NCBI GenBank assembly: GCA_963663405.2
Contig: CAXXSM010000055.1
Span: 1 to 31,101, forward strand
DNA: 31,101 nt
Direction: 5' to 3'
Origin: a bacterium
GTDB lineage: Bacteria; Hinthialibacterota; Hinthialibacteria; Hinthialibacterales; Hinthialibacteraceae
Shown here: piece by piece, positions 18,551 to 28,030 of the stretch
Layout: every line of letters starts with the position of its first letter
Numbering within the stretch: the first letter of the stretch is position 1
Notes under the pieces: model-generated
What the model was told of the DNA's origin: nothing
The model's database searches: none
What the model saw: only the letters and a program-made list of their open reading frames with translations
Made by a program: the position numbers and the translations under genes

Positions 18551-19201
18551 TTATGCGTATAACTGATTTTTCAAATCGTGCAATTTGTGTTCTTCATTAA
18601 CTGTCGAAATTGATACTGGTTTGGATTTCGAAGGTTCATAGATCGACGAGAACCGTTGTTGAATTCGATCCACTTTGGGAGGCTCAATAAAATCCGGTCC
18701 AACCTTCCCCGCGTGTTCGGCAACATCGTGAGTTGCTTCATAATCCTGGGTGATGACATCCAAAGTCTCTAACAGGCGATCTACTTCTTCTTGCTCAACT
18801 CCTTGTTCGGCCATGGCTTGACCGTTCTTTGCCCAAGATATCATCTGTGTAAGCAGATTGCTTGTTTTGTGATAAATTTCCGATGGATGTTGCATAGCTT
18901 CCAGTTCGTTCAGATAATCATCCGCTAAGCGAAGCCAACTCTCTTTAACCGCTTTTATTAAGGAATCATTCGCTTTTTGCAGCGCATCTTCGACTCGTTT
19001 TGCTATTGGCGGCATTTGTTCGATTATATCTAGCTGGCTCCGGCGGCTTTTGCTTTGTTGTTCCACTAGCACTTGGATTAATGAATCAAAGTTATCAGCG
19101 GACTCTAGAGATTCTAAAATTCTATGCTTTGATTGCTGGAAAGATGGATTGTTGGAAAAGCAAAGTCCCAGTTTCTGTTTAATAGTTTCAAAAACAGTCA
19201 T
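18551..19201 (-). CDS. Helical coiled-coil protein, possible second Snf7/ESCRT-III (PspA-superfamily) subunit
   Basis: 216 aa, all-helical. Amphipathic N-terminus (MTVFETIKQKLG), acidic EQEEVDRLLETLD segment, and C-terminal DRIQQRFSSI and LHDLKNQLY helices. Ends 16 bp before the Snf7-like gene. Confidence 0.5.
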   Translation of the reverse strand: MTVFETIKQKLGLCFSNNPSFQQSKHRILESLESADNFDSLIQVLVEQQSKSRRSQLDIIEQMPPIAKRVEDALQKANDSLIKAVKESWLRLADDYLNELEAMQHPSEIYHKTSNLLTQMISWAKNGQAMAEQGVEQEEVDRLLETLDVITQDYEATHDVAEHAGKVGPDFIEPPKVDRIQQRFSSIYEPSKSKPVSISTVNEEHKLHDLKNQLYA

Positions 19202-19265
19202 GATTTATCTCCTATTAATTTCATTTTGTACTTAATTGATTGTCGCAATGAGAACATATTTTCTT

Positions 19266-19607
19266 TCAATTTGTTGCCCATCCACCATACATTTTTTCTC
19301 TGCGTTTTCGATCTATGAAATTCAAGATGAAAATATTCCAAATAAGCGCAATATGAAAGCAAAGGATCAAAACAAATCGTCGAATGGTTGACCATGATTG
19401 AAATCCCATCAACACCCAAGCCAACACCATGTCGATAAAGGTCAGGAAAAGTACACAAGCGATATTCCATCCATTAGATTCACGGCGTAGAATCAACGTC
19501 CAAAACGAAGCGCTGCATATGGGGATCAATACAATCATGAGAATCCATGTTATCCAATGTGTGTGTTCTGTTTGTAGCATCTTTGGATCGAATTTGATGA
19601 AATTAAC
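19266..19607 (-). pseudogene. 3' remnant of a membrane protein (3 TM helices), 5' end lost at IS21
   Basis: Hydrophobic segments WITWILMIVLIPICSASFW, WNIACVLFLTFIDMVLAWVLM and FVLILCFHIALIWNIFIL. The ORF-track N-terminus is read from the IS21 end. Confidence 0.65.
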
Positions 19608-19745
19608 TGTAAACGGCGGTCGAAAAGTGAGTGAAAAATAGGCGTAAAAACGGCGGTCCAAAAGTGCGGTATATAAAAGCCGATACCTGGAAGAAATCGT
19701 TCAAGTCAGAATTCAGCGGACGAGTTTCTTCCGGAGGTAGAAAGG

Positions 19746-21254
19746 ATGTATACCGAGATGAAAGAATGGACTGATATCCGAATACGAGTAAGAAACAAGG
19801 AGGAGAAGAAGAGCGAGATCTTGGAAGAGACAGGGATGCATTGGCAGACCTTGGAGAAGATCCTAACCCATCCGGAGCCACCCGGTTACCAGATGAAGCA
19901 AGCCCGCCCAAAGCCCGTCTTAGGCCCCTATCTATCCCGAATTCACGAAATCCTGAAATCGGATCAAGATCCCGCGATCCCTCGGAAGCAGAAACATACC
20001 GCCCAAAGGATTTTTGAACGGATCAAAGAAGAAGGCTACCAGGGTGGTTATACCCAGGTGAAAGAGGCGGTGCGGGAATGGAAGAAGCATACCAAGGATG
20101 TGTTCATTCCGTTGACTCATCCGGCCGGTGAAGCGCAGGTCGATTTCGGATTTGCGTTGGTGAAGTTGGCGGGCGAGTTAAAGAAAGTGGCCTTTTTTGT
20201 CATGACCTTGCCTCACTCCGATGCGATCTTTGTGATGACCAGTGAGCGGGAATGCACGGAAACGTTCTGGGAAGGGCATGTGAGAGCGTTTCATTTTTGG
20301 GGCGCGGTTCCGAGACGAATCGCCTATGACAACAGCCGGGTCGCGGTGTCCAAGATCATCGGAGCGCATAAACGAAAATTAACGTATGGATTTCTGCAAT
20401 TGCAAAGTCATTATTTGTTCGAAGAGCATTTTTGCTGCGTCCGCCGTCCCAACGAAAAAGGAGTGGTGGAAGGAACGGTGAAATATGCGCGGTTGAATTT
20501 CATGGTCCCGGTCCCTCAAGTGCAAACGTTGGAGGAATTGAATGAGAAATTGGAGGCGAATTGCCGGGAGAATTTGAAGCGTAAGTTACGAGGCCGGTCC
20601 GGAACGAAAGAAGAGTTGCTGAAGGCCGATCAATCGGCGTTCTTGCCCCTTCCTCCTTCCCCATTTGAGGCCTGCCGGAAAGACGAGGTCCATGCCAGTT
20701 CCTTGTCTCTGGGCCGGTTTGACTGTAACGATTATTCGGTCCCGATAGAGTACGCCCATCATCTCCTGGTGGCCAAAGGCTATATCGATCGAGTCGTATT
20801 TTGTTATCAAGAGAAAGTGATCGCGGAGCATAAGCGGATTTGGGAGAAGGAACAAGTGGCGTTGAAACCGGAGCACTACTTGCCTCTTCTCACGTCCAGA
20901 CCCGGCGCTCTGGATCACGGGAAACCTTTTACCGAGTGGCGCCTCCCCCCGTGTTTTTCGGTTTTACGCCGCCAGCTGGAAAATGAGTTCGAAGGAGGAG
21001 AAGGCGTTCGGGAATACATTCGAGTGCTTCAGCTCTTGCGAACCCGTTCATTACCCGAACTGAGCCGGGCCGTGGAAAAAACGCTGCGCGTGGGCGGTTG
21101 TACGCGGGATGTGGTGGCGCAATACCTCTACGGGGCTGAAGGGGAAGGACTGGAGAAATTCCGTCTGGATGGCCGGGACCATTTACGGTATGTCCGAGTC
21201 GATTCGCCTGACTTGTCCGCTTATCAGGGGATGCTGAAAGGAGGGGCGCTATGA
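19746..21254 (+). CDS. istA: IS21 transposase IstA
   Basis: GYQGGYTQVK, AQVDFG, IAYDN, PNEKGVVE. Overlaps istB at ATGA. Confidence 0.96.
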   Translation: MYTEMKEWTDIRIRVRNKEEKKSEILEETGMHWQTLEKILTHPEPPGYQMKQARPKPVLGPYLSRIHEILKSDQDPAIPRKQKHTAQRIFERIKEEGYQGGYTQVKEAVREWKKHTKDVFIPLTHPAGEAQVDFGFALVKLAGELKKVAFFVMTLPHSDAIFVMTSERECTETFWEGHVRAFHFWGAVPRRIAYDNSRVAVSKIIGAHKRKLTYGFLQLQSHYLFEEHFCCVRRPNEKGVVEGTVKYARLNFMVPVPQVQTLEELNEKLEANCRENLKRKLRGRSGTKEELLKADQSAFLPLPPSPFEACRKDEVHASSLSLGRFDCNDYSVPIEYAHHLLVAKGYIDRVVFCYQEKVIAEHKRIWEKEQVALKPEHYLPLLTSRPGALDHGKPFTEWRLPPCFSVLRRQLENEFEGGEGVREYIRVLQLLRTRSLPELSRAVEKTLRVGGCTRDVVAQYLYGAEGEGLEKFRLDGRDHLRYVRVDSPDLSAYQGMLKGGAL

Positions 21255-22036
21255 GTTCCTCCCAATCGAACGTATTACTGGAATACTATTTAAAAAAATT
21301 AAAACTGCCGACGATCTTGCGCGAGTATAAAAGCATGGCGGCTAAGTGCCGCGCCGACCGCTCTGATTTTACCACGTATCTCCTTCGGCTGGTTGAATTG
21401 GAATCGATCGAACGGGATCAGAGGGCGGCGGATCGGCGAGTGAAAGCAGCCAAATTCCCCGTGGTCAAAACAATCGATACCTTTGATTTCACCGCTCAGC
21501 CGTCGATTAATGAACCCTTAGTCCGTGAATTGCTCCAAGGGGAATATATCGAAAAACGGGAGAATTTGCTCCTAATCGGGAATCCGGGGACTGGGAAAAC
21601 TCACATTTCTTGTGCCTTGGGATTCGCCGCTTGCGCGCAAGGCTACAAAGTCCGTTTTTACACGGCAACCGCCTTAGTCACCCACTTGCTCGAAAAACGA
21701 GAAGAACGCTCGTTAGAAAAATTCCAAAACCAACTGACTCGTCATCATCTCATTTTAATTGATGAACTTGGCTATGTTCCGTTCTCCAAAGCGGGAGCGG
21801 AACTTCTTTTTGATGTGGTCAGCCAGGCTTATGAACGGACCAGTCTCATCGTGACGACAAATTTACCTTTCGAGGAATGGACGGAAGTGATGGGAAGTGA
21901 GCGCTTAACTGGGGCCCTCCTGGATCGATTGACTCATCGAGTGCACATCCTGGAAGCCAATGGAGAAAGTTACCGGCTCAAGGAATCCAAAAAACGGCTG
22001 AAACAGCGCCCTAAAAAAGAGTCTTCTCAATCTTAA
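21251..22036 (+). CDS. istB: IS21 helper ATPase IstB
   Basis: Walker A GNPGTGKT, Walker B LILIDELGY, TTNLPFEEW, ALLDRLTH. Confidence 0.97.
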   Translation: MSSSQSNVLLEYYLKKLKLPTILREYKSMAAKCRADRSDFTTYLLRLVELESIERDQRAADRRVKAAKFPVVKTIDTFDFTAQPSINEPLVRELLQGEYIEKRENLLLIGNPGTGKTHISCALGFAACAQGYKVRFYTATALVTHLLEKREERSLEKFQNQLTRHHLILIDELGYVPFSKAGAELLFDVVSQAYERTSLIVTTNLPFEEWTEVMGSERLTGALLDRLTHRVHILEANGESYRLKESKKRLKQRPKKESSQS

Positions 22037-22172
22037 GGAGTTCCCCGGCTGTCGTTGGCCAATGAATTCGAAAAAATTGGGCTCTCAGAAGATGATCTTT
22101 TGAAGGGGAATAAAAAATGGAGCGTCCTTGGAATTTCAGTCGAGCGGGCACAAGCGACCCGTTTACTCCAAA

Positions 22173-22362
22173 TTGGGGGCTCTTGCCCCCAAACCCCCAG
22201 AGTTTTTTAAGGCATTGGCAAATGCTCAAGATTGTCGTTGGCCAAAAAGATGTAGGGGACGAGTCTCATTCATCGTCCCCTTGGCGACAATCCGTCGCAC
22301 CTGCGCCAAGTTATCCCTTGATTGGGTGCTCTCCAGCAGAGCCAATCTCCGTTTGACTTGGT
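22173..22362. ncRNA. Candidate structured RNA/DNA element in the IS21 3' non-coding arm
   Basis: Stems TTGGGGGC/GCCCCCAA, GGCATT/AATGCT, GATTGTCG/CGACAATC enclosing GGGGACGA/TCGTCCCC, and CCAAGT/ACTTGG enclosing GATTGG..GCTCT/AGAGC-CAATC. Confidence 0.45.
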
Positions 22363-22520
22363 AGTACAATCATCGGACGGTTACTAAAAAAACTAAATAC
22401 CATGATAGTCAATTAAATAATGCTCAGCATCTATTGACAACTCACAATGGAGTCGATTATTCTTGGAAAAAATCCGCACTTTTCGACCGCCGCAAGCTCA
22501 TTTTTCGACCGCCGTCAGCA

Positions 22521-22849
22521 GAATTAGAGAAAATAATTATCAAAAGGCAAATGAAACAAAAATATGGCCAGGTGTTAACTACCTTGCTCCAGAATGGCCT
22601 TTTTGGATGTTAGATCGCAAACCTGGGTTGGAACATTTTGTCGTTATAACCACCCAAAAACCATTCGATCCCATAAAGGTCATTAGAAATCATGGCTATC
22701 AAGCATTGCGCAAAGAAGCCGCTCCGCTTAGCAGGAGTGTTTGCAATCCGCAACAAGACTTGAACAATAATCAAGATCCTTACCAATTAATTGAAATACT
22801 GGAAGGAAAAGACAAGATCATACAAAATATCATTGTAGAACATGTATGA
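22521..22849 (+). pseudogene. 3' remnant of a gene truncated by IS21 (DUF4384-like tail)
   Basis: Open frame from the IS end: NNYQKANETKIWP...FWMLDRKPGLEHFVVITTQKPFD. The family call is tentative. Confidence 0.5.
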
Positions 22850-22987
22850 ACTATTAGGAACGTGATTCAAATTTTTACAGCAGACAAGAGGCAATCGAAT
22901 TCGGTGACTGTGGTCTAAAACGTTTCAGGAGTTTCTTAATCCAAAAATCTTTAGAGTATCATGAATTATTAACTACACGACTTTATA

Positions 22988-24130
22988 TTATGAACATTGA
23001 ATTTTCGCTGCGTCAACGATGAAATCCGTAATTTTTTGCATGGGTTTACGCAGTCTTTCAACATCCGTGATGATATAACCAGCCGTCACATCTCCTGATA
23101 TTTTGTGATTCAACAATCGCTTCAGAGCGTAAGCGGGAATATCGAGACTTTCCGCAATGCTTATGAATGTTCTACGGAGATCATGGATCATGAAATTCAC
23201 TCCGGATGTTTCTATAACTTTCTTTACTGCTTTATTGGGCTCAACAAGATGACCTGTCTTTCCTGAGCCAGGGAAGACGTATTCGCCTATTTTTTCGCGT
23301 GAATTAAAGAGATTCCAAAGGTAATCGCTAAGAGGAAGGACTAATGGTTCATGAGTCTTCGTATCAGGAACTGTGAAAGTCTTCTCTATTAAGTCAACAT
23401 CTTTCCACTTCAACTTTGCCGCTTCTCCCTTTCTCATACCGGAGAAAAGGAGGAGAAGGAGATAATCTTTTATTGTTGGATTGGGGAGATTATAAACTGA
23501 TTGATACCAACTAGGTAAATCATAATTTTTTAAGATACTCCTTCTTCGTTGTACTCGAAACCATGCTCTTGTCTGTCCAAGACGCGATATAGGATTAGGT
23601 GGCATACTTTCATTGAGCGCCTTGGCATGATTGTAAACGGCTCTTAACACTCTCATTACTAAATTTGCCGTGGAGTGACCGGTCTCACCTAATTTCATAT
23701 GCCTTTCAAGAACCATATCTTTTGTGATTGTCTTAATAGGCTTTTTCAACCAGTCTTTCAGGTAAAGGTTCAAAGAACGAGTATAGTCATCGATTGTTTT
23801 AGGTGTCAATTGTTTACGTGTCTTAAGGTAGGATTCGAAGGCAGCTTTCAACGTGATATTATCCGGCTTTAATTCCTCTCTTGGATCATCACCGTTAGCC
23901 AATCGCAACAAGATTTCCTGGGCTTTTTTACGGGCAAGTTCGGTAGTGAAGACACCATGTCGCCCGATTGTAATACGAACTGTCCGGCCTTCGACATCGC
24001 GTTGAATAATATACGTCTTGGACTTCTTTCCAACGCAGACACCGAATCCCTTCAGTTGGGAATCAAAATAAATACGTTGCCCCTTATTTTGGTAAGGGAT
24101 CTCTTCCACTTTCATTTTGGTTAGTTTCAT
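22988..24130 (-). CDS. int: Tyrosine integrase with N-terminal arm-binding domain
   Basis: YFDSQLKGFGVCV..KSKTY...RITIGRHG N-domain; catalytic set GMRKGE, DTKT, HDLRR, LNH, AGY is complete. Adjacent to a tRNA fragment. Confidence 0.95.
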   Translation of the reverse strand: MKLTKMKVEEIPYQNKGQRIYFDSQLKGFGVCVGKKSKTYIIQRDVEGRTVRITIGRHGVFTTELARKKAQEILLRLANGDDPREELKPDNITLKAAFESYLKTRKQLTPKTIDDYTRSLNLYLKDWLKKPIKTITKDMVLERHMKLGETGHSTANLVMRVLRAVYNHAKALNESMPPNPISRLGQTRAWFRVQRRRSILKNYDLPSWYQSVYNLPNPTIKDYLLLLLFSGMRKGEAAKLKWKDVDLIEKTFTVPDTKTHEPLVLPLSDYLWNLFNSREKIGEYVFPGSGKTGHLVEPNKAVKKVIETSGVNFMIHDLRRTFISIAESLDIPAYALKRLLNHKISGDVTAGYIITDVERLRKPMQKITDFIVDAAKIQCS

Positions 24131-24132
24131 TT

Positions 24133-24234
24133 TAATAAGGTTATAATAAGGTTTTTAATTAAAATTCCTTCTAAGACTTTCTAACTCATTATGAGTCATT
24201 GTACTTGTATTTATAGGATTTTTCAACCTTATTA
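24133..24234. repeat. Putative integrase arm-type sites
   Basis: TAATAAGGTT at 24133 and 24144, with an inverted copy AACCTTATTA at 24225, between int and att. Confidence 0.55.
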
Positions 24235-24271
24235 AAAGGGTATAAGGAAGGTAAAAACAATAGACACCCTA

Positions 24272-24317
24272 ACTCTGGATCAGGAAGCTGCAGGTTCGAG
24301 CCCTGCCTCCCCAGCCA
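24272..24317 (+). other. 3' half of tRNA-Gln(CTG): attachment-site duplicate (attR-like)
   Basis: ACT-CTG-GA TCAGG AAGCT GCAGG-TTCGAGC-CCTGC CTCCCCA G CCA gives anticodon loop, T arm, acceptor 3' strand and CCA. No D arm or 5' acceptor strand upstream. Confidence 0.9.
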
Positions 24318-24359
24318 TTGATTTGACTCGACTTACATTCTATGATACCTGACTTTTTA

Positions 24360-24396
24360 TTGCACGATTTTACACAATCGTGCAATAATCGTGCAA
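24360..24396. repeat. Inverted plus direct 10-bp repeats (arm sites of the second recombinase, or terminator)
   Basis: TTGCACGATT followed by AATCGTGCAA twice. Confidence 0.5.
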
Positions 24397-24398
24397 TC

Positions 24399-25586
24399 CT
24401 ACTCATTCACTACTAACCGTGGCCCTGACAAAATGACTGTATCAGCAGGGGCTTCCCATGTTGAAATCTTAGCTTCGATATGCTTTACGACTTTCTCTCG
24501 GAAAAGTGGAACCATCCTTTTCCCCTTATCACCGTGATAATGCCGTTCACCGATTGTTGTTGGCGCATGACCCACATAGCGCTGGACGTAATACCCATAC
24601 CATCCATCATCGATGGCTTCGGTTTGAATCGTATTTCGCAAATCCTTTGCTTTGATCGTTACGTTGGGATCCCAACGACATAATTCTCTGATTACGGCGC
24701 GAGAATAATTCTCATAAACCGTATAGTCAGGAATTACCAATCCCGAATGATCGGTTGAATTCCACAGCCGTCGAAGAAGCGAAGAAACAACACTTACCAT
24801 GGGGATTTTTCGTATGCGATAACGATTCTTTACCGCGCCATCAATGGTGATCGTTCCTTCCAGTAAATTGACTTTTTCCCAGGTCATACGAAGGGCCTCT
24901 TGCAGCTGTAAACCCATCAATCCTTGAAGCGCTACGCCGGTTGTTAGACGATCACGAAATGGATCGCGGGACAACCAATCCGTAAAATCAAGCACACGGT
25001 GAATGGATAAGCAGGGATTCCCCTCATTCTCATCATATTCTACGGTACTCGTATCCCGTTTGGATAACCGCAAATTCTGGCAAATATTTACGTAATGCTT
25101 AGGCCAGTTTGCGACAATCCATGCGGATGCGCGCCGGACCGGAAGCAGATAGAGGCGAACCGTGTTAAAAGCAAGTCCACGATCCATCAAATGTTTGTGA
25201 TACTGTTGGATGTGTTCAAAACGCAGTTCGTGCCAATACTGCAAGCCTTCATTGTCAATCCACTTCAAAAAGAATTCACAGTTACGTAAATCTTCTCGAC
25301 GGGTATACTCGGACCAAGTTCGCGTCTCGGAGGAACGGAACAGCGCATCACTGATGAAAATCATCGGATGATAGTCCAAGAGGGTAGGAATCTGCCGGTC
25401 TGGATTCTGAAGAATCCGTTCGGATTGACGCATAGCTTCACTGAGATCATTGGCGTCAAACCGAATTCTCCGATAGTTTCCTTCGGAATCTCGCCCGCTG
25501 ACTTTCCATCGGCCTGGCCGTTCCTGGTGTAGCGTGAACTTGTCGGTCTTGAATTTTTCTCCTTTTGGATTGAGTGTTTGTGTCAA
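24399..25586 (-). CDS. Tyrosine recombinase/integrase, atypical (first catalytic Arg reads as Gln)
   Basis: SAM-like core (GLAFNTVRLYL), then LMGLQLQEAL..W..V, VKN, KDLR, YVGH, RHY. Start placed at TTG 25586 after AGGAG; the ORF track gives 25604. Confidence 0.8.
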   Translation of the reverse strand: MTQTLNPKGEKFKTDKFTLHQERPGRWKVSGRDSEGNYRRIRFDANDLSEAMRQSERILQNPDRQIPTLLDYHPMIFISDALFRSSETRTWSEYTRREDLRNCEFFLKWIDNEGLQYWHELRFEHIQQYHKHLMDRGLAFNTVRLYLLPVRRASAWIVANWPKHYVNICQNLRLSKRDTSTVEYDENEGNPCLSIHRVLDFTDWLSRDPFRDRLTTGVALQGLMGLQLQEALRMTWEKVNLLEGTITIDGAVKNRYRIRKIPMVSVVSSLLRRLWNSTDHSGLVIPDYTVYENYSRAVIRELCRWDPNVTIKAKDLRNTIQTEAIDDGWYGYYVQRYVGHAPTTIGERHYHGDKGKRMVPLFREKVVKHIEAKISTWEAPADTVILSGPRLVVNE

Positions 25587-25803
25587 AGTGATTCTCCTTT
25601 TCAATCACCTTGCCCTCATTTCGTTGACACGCAAGATGATGCCAGTAATTGTCCAATGAGTCAATCACATTCCGTCCCCAATAGCCTCTTCCTGGGGATC
25701 CAATTAAGCCATGGGAGCGAAGACTCTCGAGTTTGACAAAACCCTTGAGAATTTCACGTAATTCCTCTTTGTCATAGAGAGTAGTTGGATCTATCTTTCT
25801 CAT
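25456..25803 (-). CDS. Small putative excisionase/HTH-like protein overlapping the integrase start
   Basis: GGGAG RBS; N-terminus LYDKEELREIL...LESLRSHGL...YWGRNVID is MerR/Xis-like in pattern; xis-int arrangement. Confidence 0.45.
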   Translation of the reverse strand: MRKIDPTTLYDKEELREILKGFVKLESLRSHGLIGSPGRGYWGRNVIDSLDNYWHHLACQRNEGKVIEKENHFDTNTQSKRRKIQDRQVHATPGTARPMESQRARFRRKLSENSV

Positions 25804-26459
25804 GATCTCCCGTCAGTAGGCTCTCTCGACCTGCCATAAAAGACACATATTTCTCTTTCACGAACGCGAACAAATTATCTTGCGCTCTTATGAAGTCCCC
25901 GACCCGTGATAGAGAAAGCAGTTACCCTATCCTCAAGAAAATGCGAAATGGACTCTTGGCTTTCACTTTATATAGCGGGAATTATTGGATCGTTTTTTCA
26001 GAAAAACAAAAAAATACTCATTTTTTTTTGTAGAGATCTCATTCGAGCGTTGAGTCAAATTCGATGACGATGCGTTGTGTATTCTTATCAAGGCCAATAC
26101 GCTCTCTCCTTCCAATAGCACTTGCTGCATGAGATGTATCAACATGGTTCTGAGAGGTTTGTTAAGAAAGCGTCGTGCATGAGTTCTCTGCCTGAAATGG
26201 TGGAGATCAATCATCCGAACAAACTGGCTTTTACATTGAACAGAGAGCGAATTCATTTGGGTGAAAGTAGATGGATTCTTTTTTGAAAAAAGTCTGGGCT
26301 CGATTGTTTTGGAAAATAGGTTTCGTCTTGTATCGGGTATTTTGCGATGATGCTTTTGGAAGGAAATCTTATTATAAGAAAGACGTTCTGGATCGCTTTG
26401 GCGATCTTCCTTTATTCGACCATCAGTTCAATCTTTTAAAATCTGATAGATGAAAAAAC

Positions 26460-27447
26460 GAAGGCCAGTGTTCTACTGGACATAATTGGGATCTGTGTGC
26501 GTGATCTTCTTCCGAGCGATGGGAGACACTACCCGATTTGATTTGGAGACAAACCAGAGACACTGGATCTCGCCGATGTGGCCCAACTGCCATGATGGAG
26601 TCACAATCGCGAATGGCCTTCTTTACTGATGGCTTTCGATGTGTGACTGTTCACTGACGTTATATGACGTCACCTGTCTAGGATGGATGGGAGATTTCGA
26701 TTTCAATCCAGAGGTGATCGACGATGAGCGCCGCGAAGCGCTTGCAAGCGGCGTTCTGGAAGTTGAACCGCTTCTCGAATCGGCCGCTGATTGGCCCACA
26801 TTTCGCGCCAACAACCAGGGAACGGCTCGTTATTCCTACTACGGTGACGCCGCTTTAGCGGCCGGAATCTCGCGCGGATTTTTCTCTCACCACGCCCTTT
26901 GTCGTATGCGATCTTTCGTTTCTTCGTGTCTCAGATGAAATCGTCTGCGTCTTGTAGTTGTGAACTCTTCTTGATCGGGGATAAAGTCGTTGCTTGTGGT
27001 CAGTCATATTACGGTGATCCCGAATATCCAACAATCGATCCAACAACAACGAAAAAGACACTCCTCGTGTCTACCTCGTATTGGGATGTGGCCTGGAAAG
27101 ATAATAAGAATGTCATGTGCTACAAGCCCATCACGAAGGAACTATTGAACAAGAGTGTCAGGGATAGGGAGCACGCGACGTATATGATCCCCACGTGGGG
27201 CGAACTCGCCGTTTCCGAAAAGCCGGTCTGGGAATACGAGTGTCCTGAAAGCGCCGCTTGCGCGGCTTCGGACAATGCGGTGATTGTCGCGACACAAACT
27301 GAAGTAACCGCGTTGCGTATCCAAGACGGTTCGGTCCTTTGGTCACACCCCCTACCAGCGCCGCCAGTGCCTTGGGGGCTGGCCGTGGATCGTGAGGGAC
27401 GGATCATTCTCACATTGAAGGACGGGCAAGTCGTATGTTTCGGCTGA
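26460..27447 (+). pseudogene. Decayed PQQ-like beta-propeller protein
   Basis: PNCHDGVTIANGLLY*WLSMCDC (in-frame TGA at 26627), DWPTFRANN, a frame change near 26900, and a final blade VTALRIQDGSVLWSHPLPAPPVPWGLAVDREGRIILTLKDGQVVCFG. Confidence 0.7.
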
Positions 27448-27608
27448 TTTATTGCGTCTCTTGGTGAAGATTCTTCCCTGCATTTCCTTTTTCTTGCTTC
27501 AGGATTTTTCAACGCTTTCGATGTCCTTACGATTCGTCTTTGACCGGGATGGTGCCCACTTCATCCAGCAGGTCATGTTTACTCGTTTTACGTAACAAAA
27601 AAAGGAGC

Positions 27609-27980
27609 CTACGACGACTCCCGAACAAACAGGAAAACCGGATCCATTCGTTCCGGACATTCGGCTAAATACGCCAGACGGTTTAATTCCGCCTGGTCGA
27701 GATACTCATCTGTATCAAGAAGGAAGGAATCCTCTTGTTCTTCGGTTTCGTTCATCCCTCGGTTTCGATCGCTTCCAATCCCGAATTCCTTTCGCAACTG
27801 TTCTTCCTGTTGGTGGTTCGCTTTTGGGTAGATCGGAAAACATCGGAAGCAATTCCAGAATACGATATCCAGTTCAGCGTTGTAAGCGGCTTGGAGTTCA
27901 TTTCCACAAACACATCGTTTTGTAAACCGGACGCCACTTAGGCTTGATTGTTCTTCCTCAGATTTTCTTACGTTTTTCAT
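27609..27980 (-). CDS. Hypothetical acidic protein with CxC...CxxC motif
   Basis: Start moved to ATG 27980 after an AGGAGG RBS. Contains CVCG...CFRC. Confidence 0.6.
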   Translation of the reverse strand: MKNVRKSEEEQSSLSGVRFTKRCVCGNELQAAYNAELDIVFWNCFRCFPIYPKANHQQEEQLRKEFGIGSDRNRGMNETEEQEDSFLLDTDEYLDQAELNRLAYLAECPERMDPVFLFVRESS

Positions 27981-28030
27981 TTTTGCGCCTCCTGACCACC
28001 CATTGGTGGTTCTCTCCATTACCGGAGAAC

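Larger units (their letters stand above)
19608..22520 (+). mobile_element. IS21-family element (2913 bp)
   Basis: TG...CA ends TGTAAACGGCGGTCGAAAAGTGAG / CTCATTTTTCGACCGCCGTCAGCA, a second subterminal CGGCGGTC repeat at each end, istA-istB inside. No TSD. Confidence 0.95.

Noticed and set aside
22011-22364. 72-79 aa ORFs in the IS21 3' arm
   Set aside because: Three overlapping frames with none favoured; base-pairing explains the sequence better than coding.
24245-24317. Complete tRNA-Gln gene
   Set aside because: No 5' acceptor strand (TGGGGAG expected) or D arm; only the 3' half is present.
25963-26453. Short ORFs of 97 aa and 60 aa
   Set aside because: No recognisable motifs or clear RBS; probably decayed sequence.
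26627-26629. TGA recoded as Trp (alternative genetic code)
   Set aside because: TGA ends intact genes here (portal, istA), and the fragment has other lesions, so it is a pseudogene.
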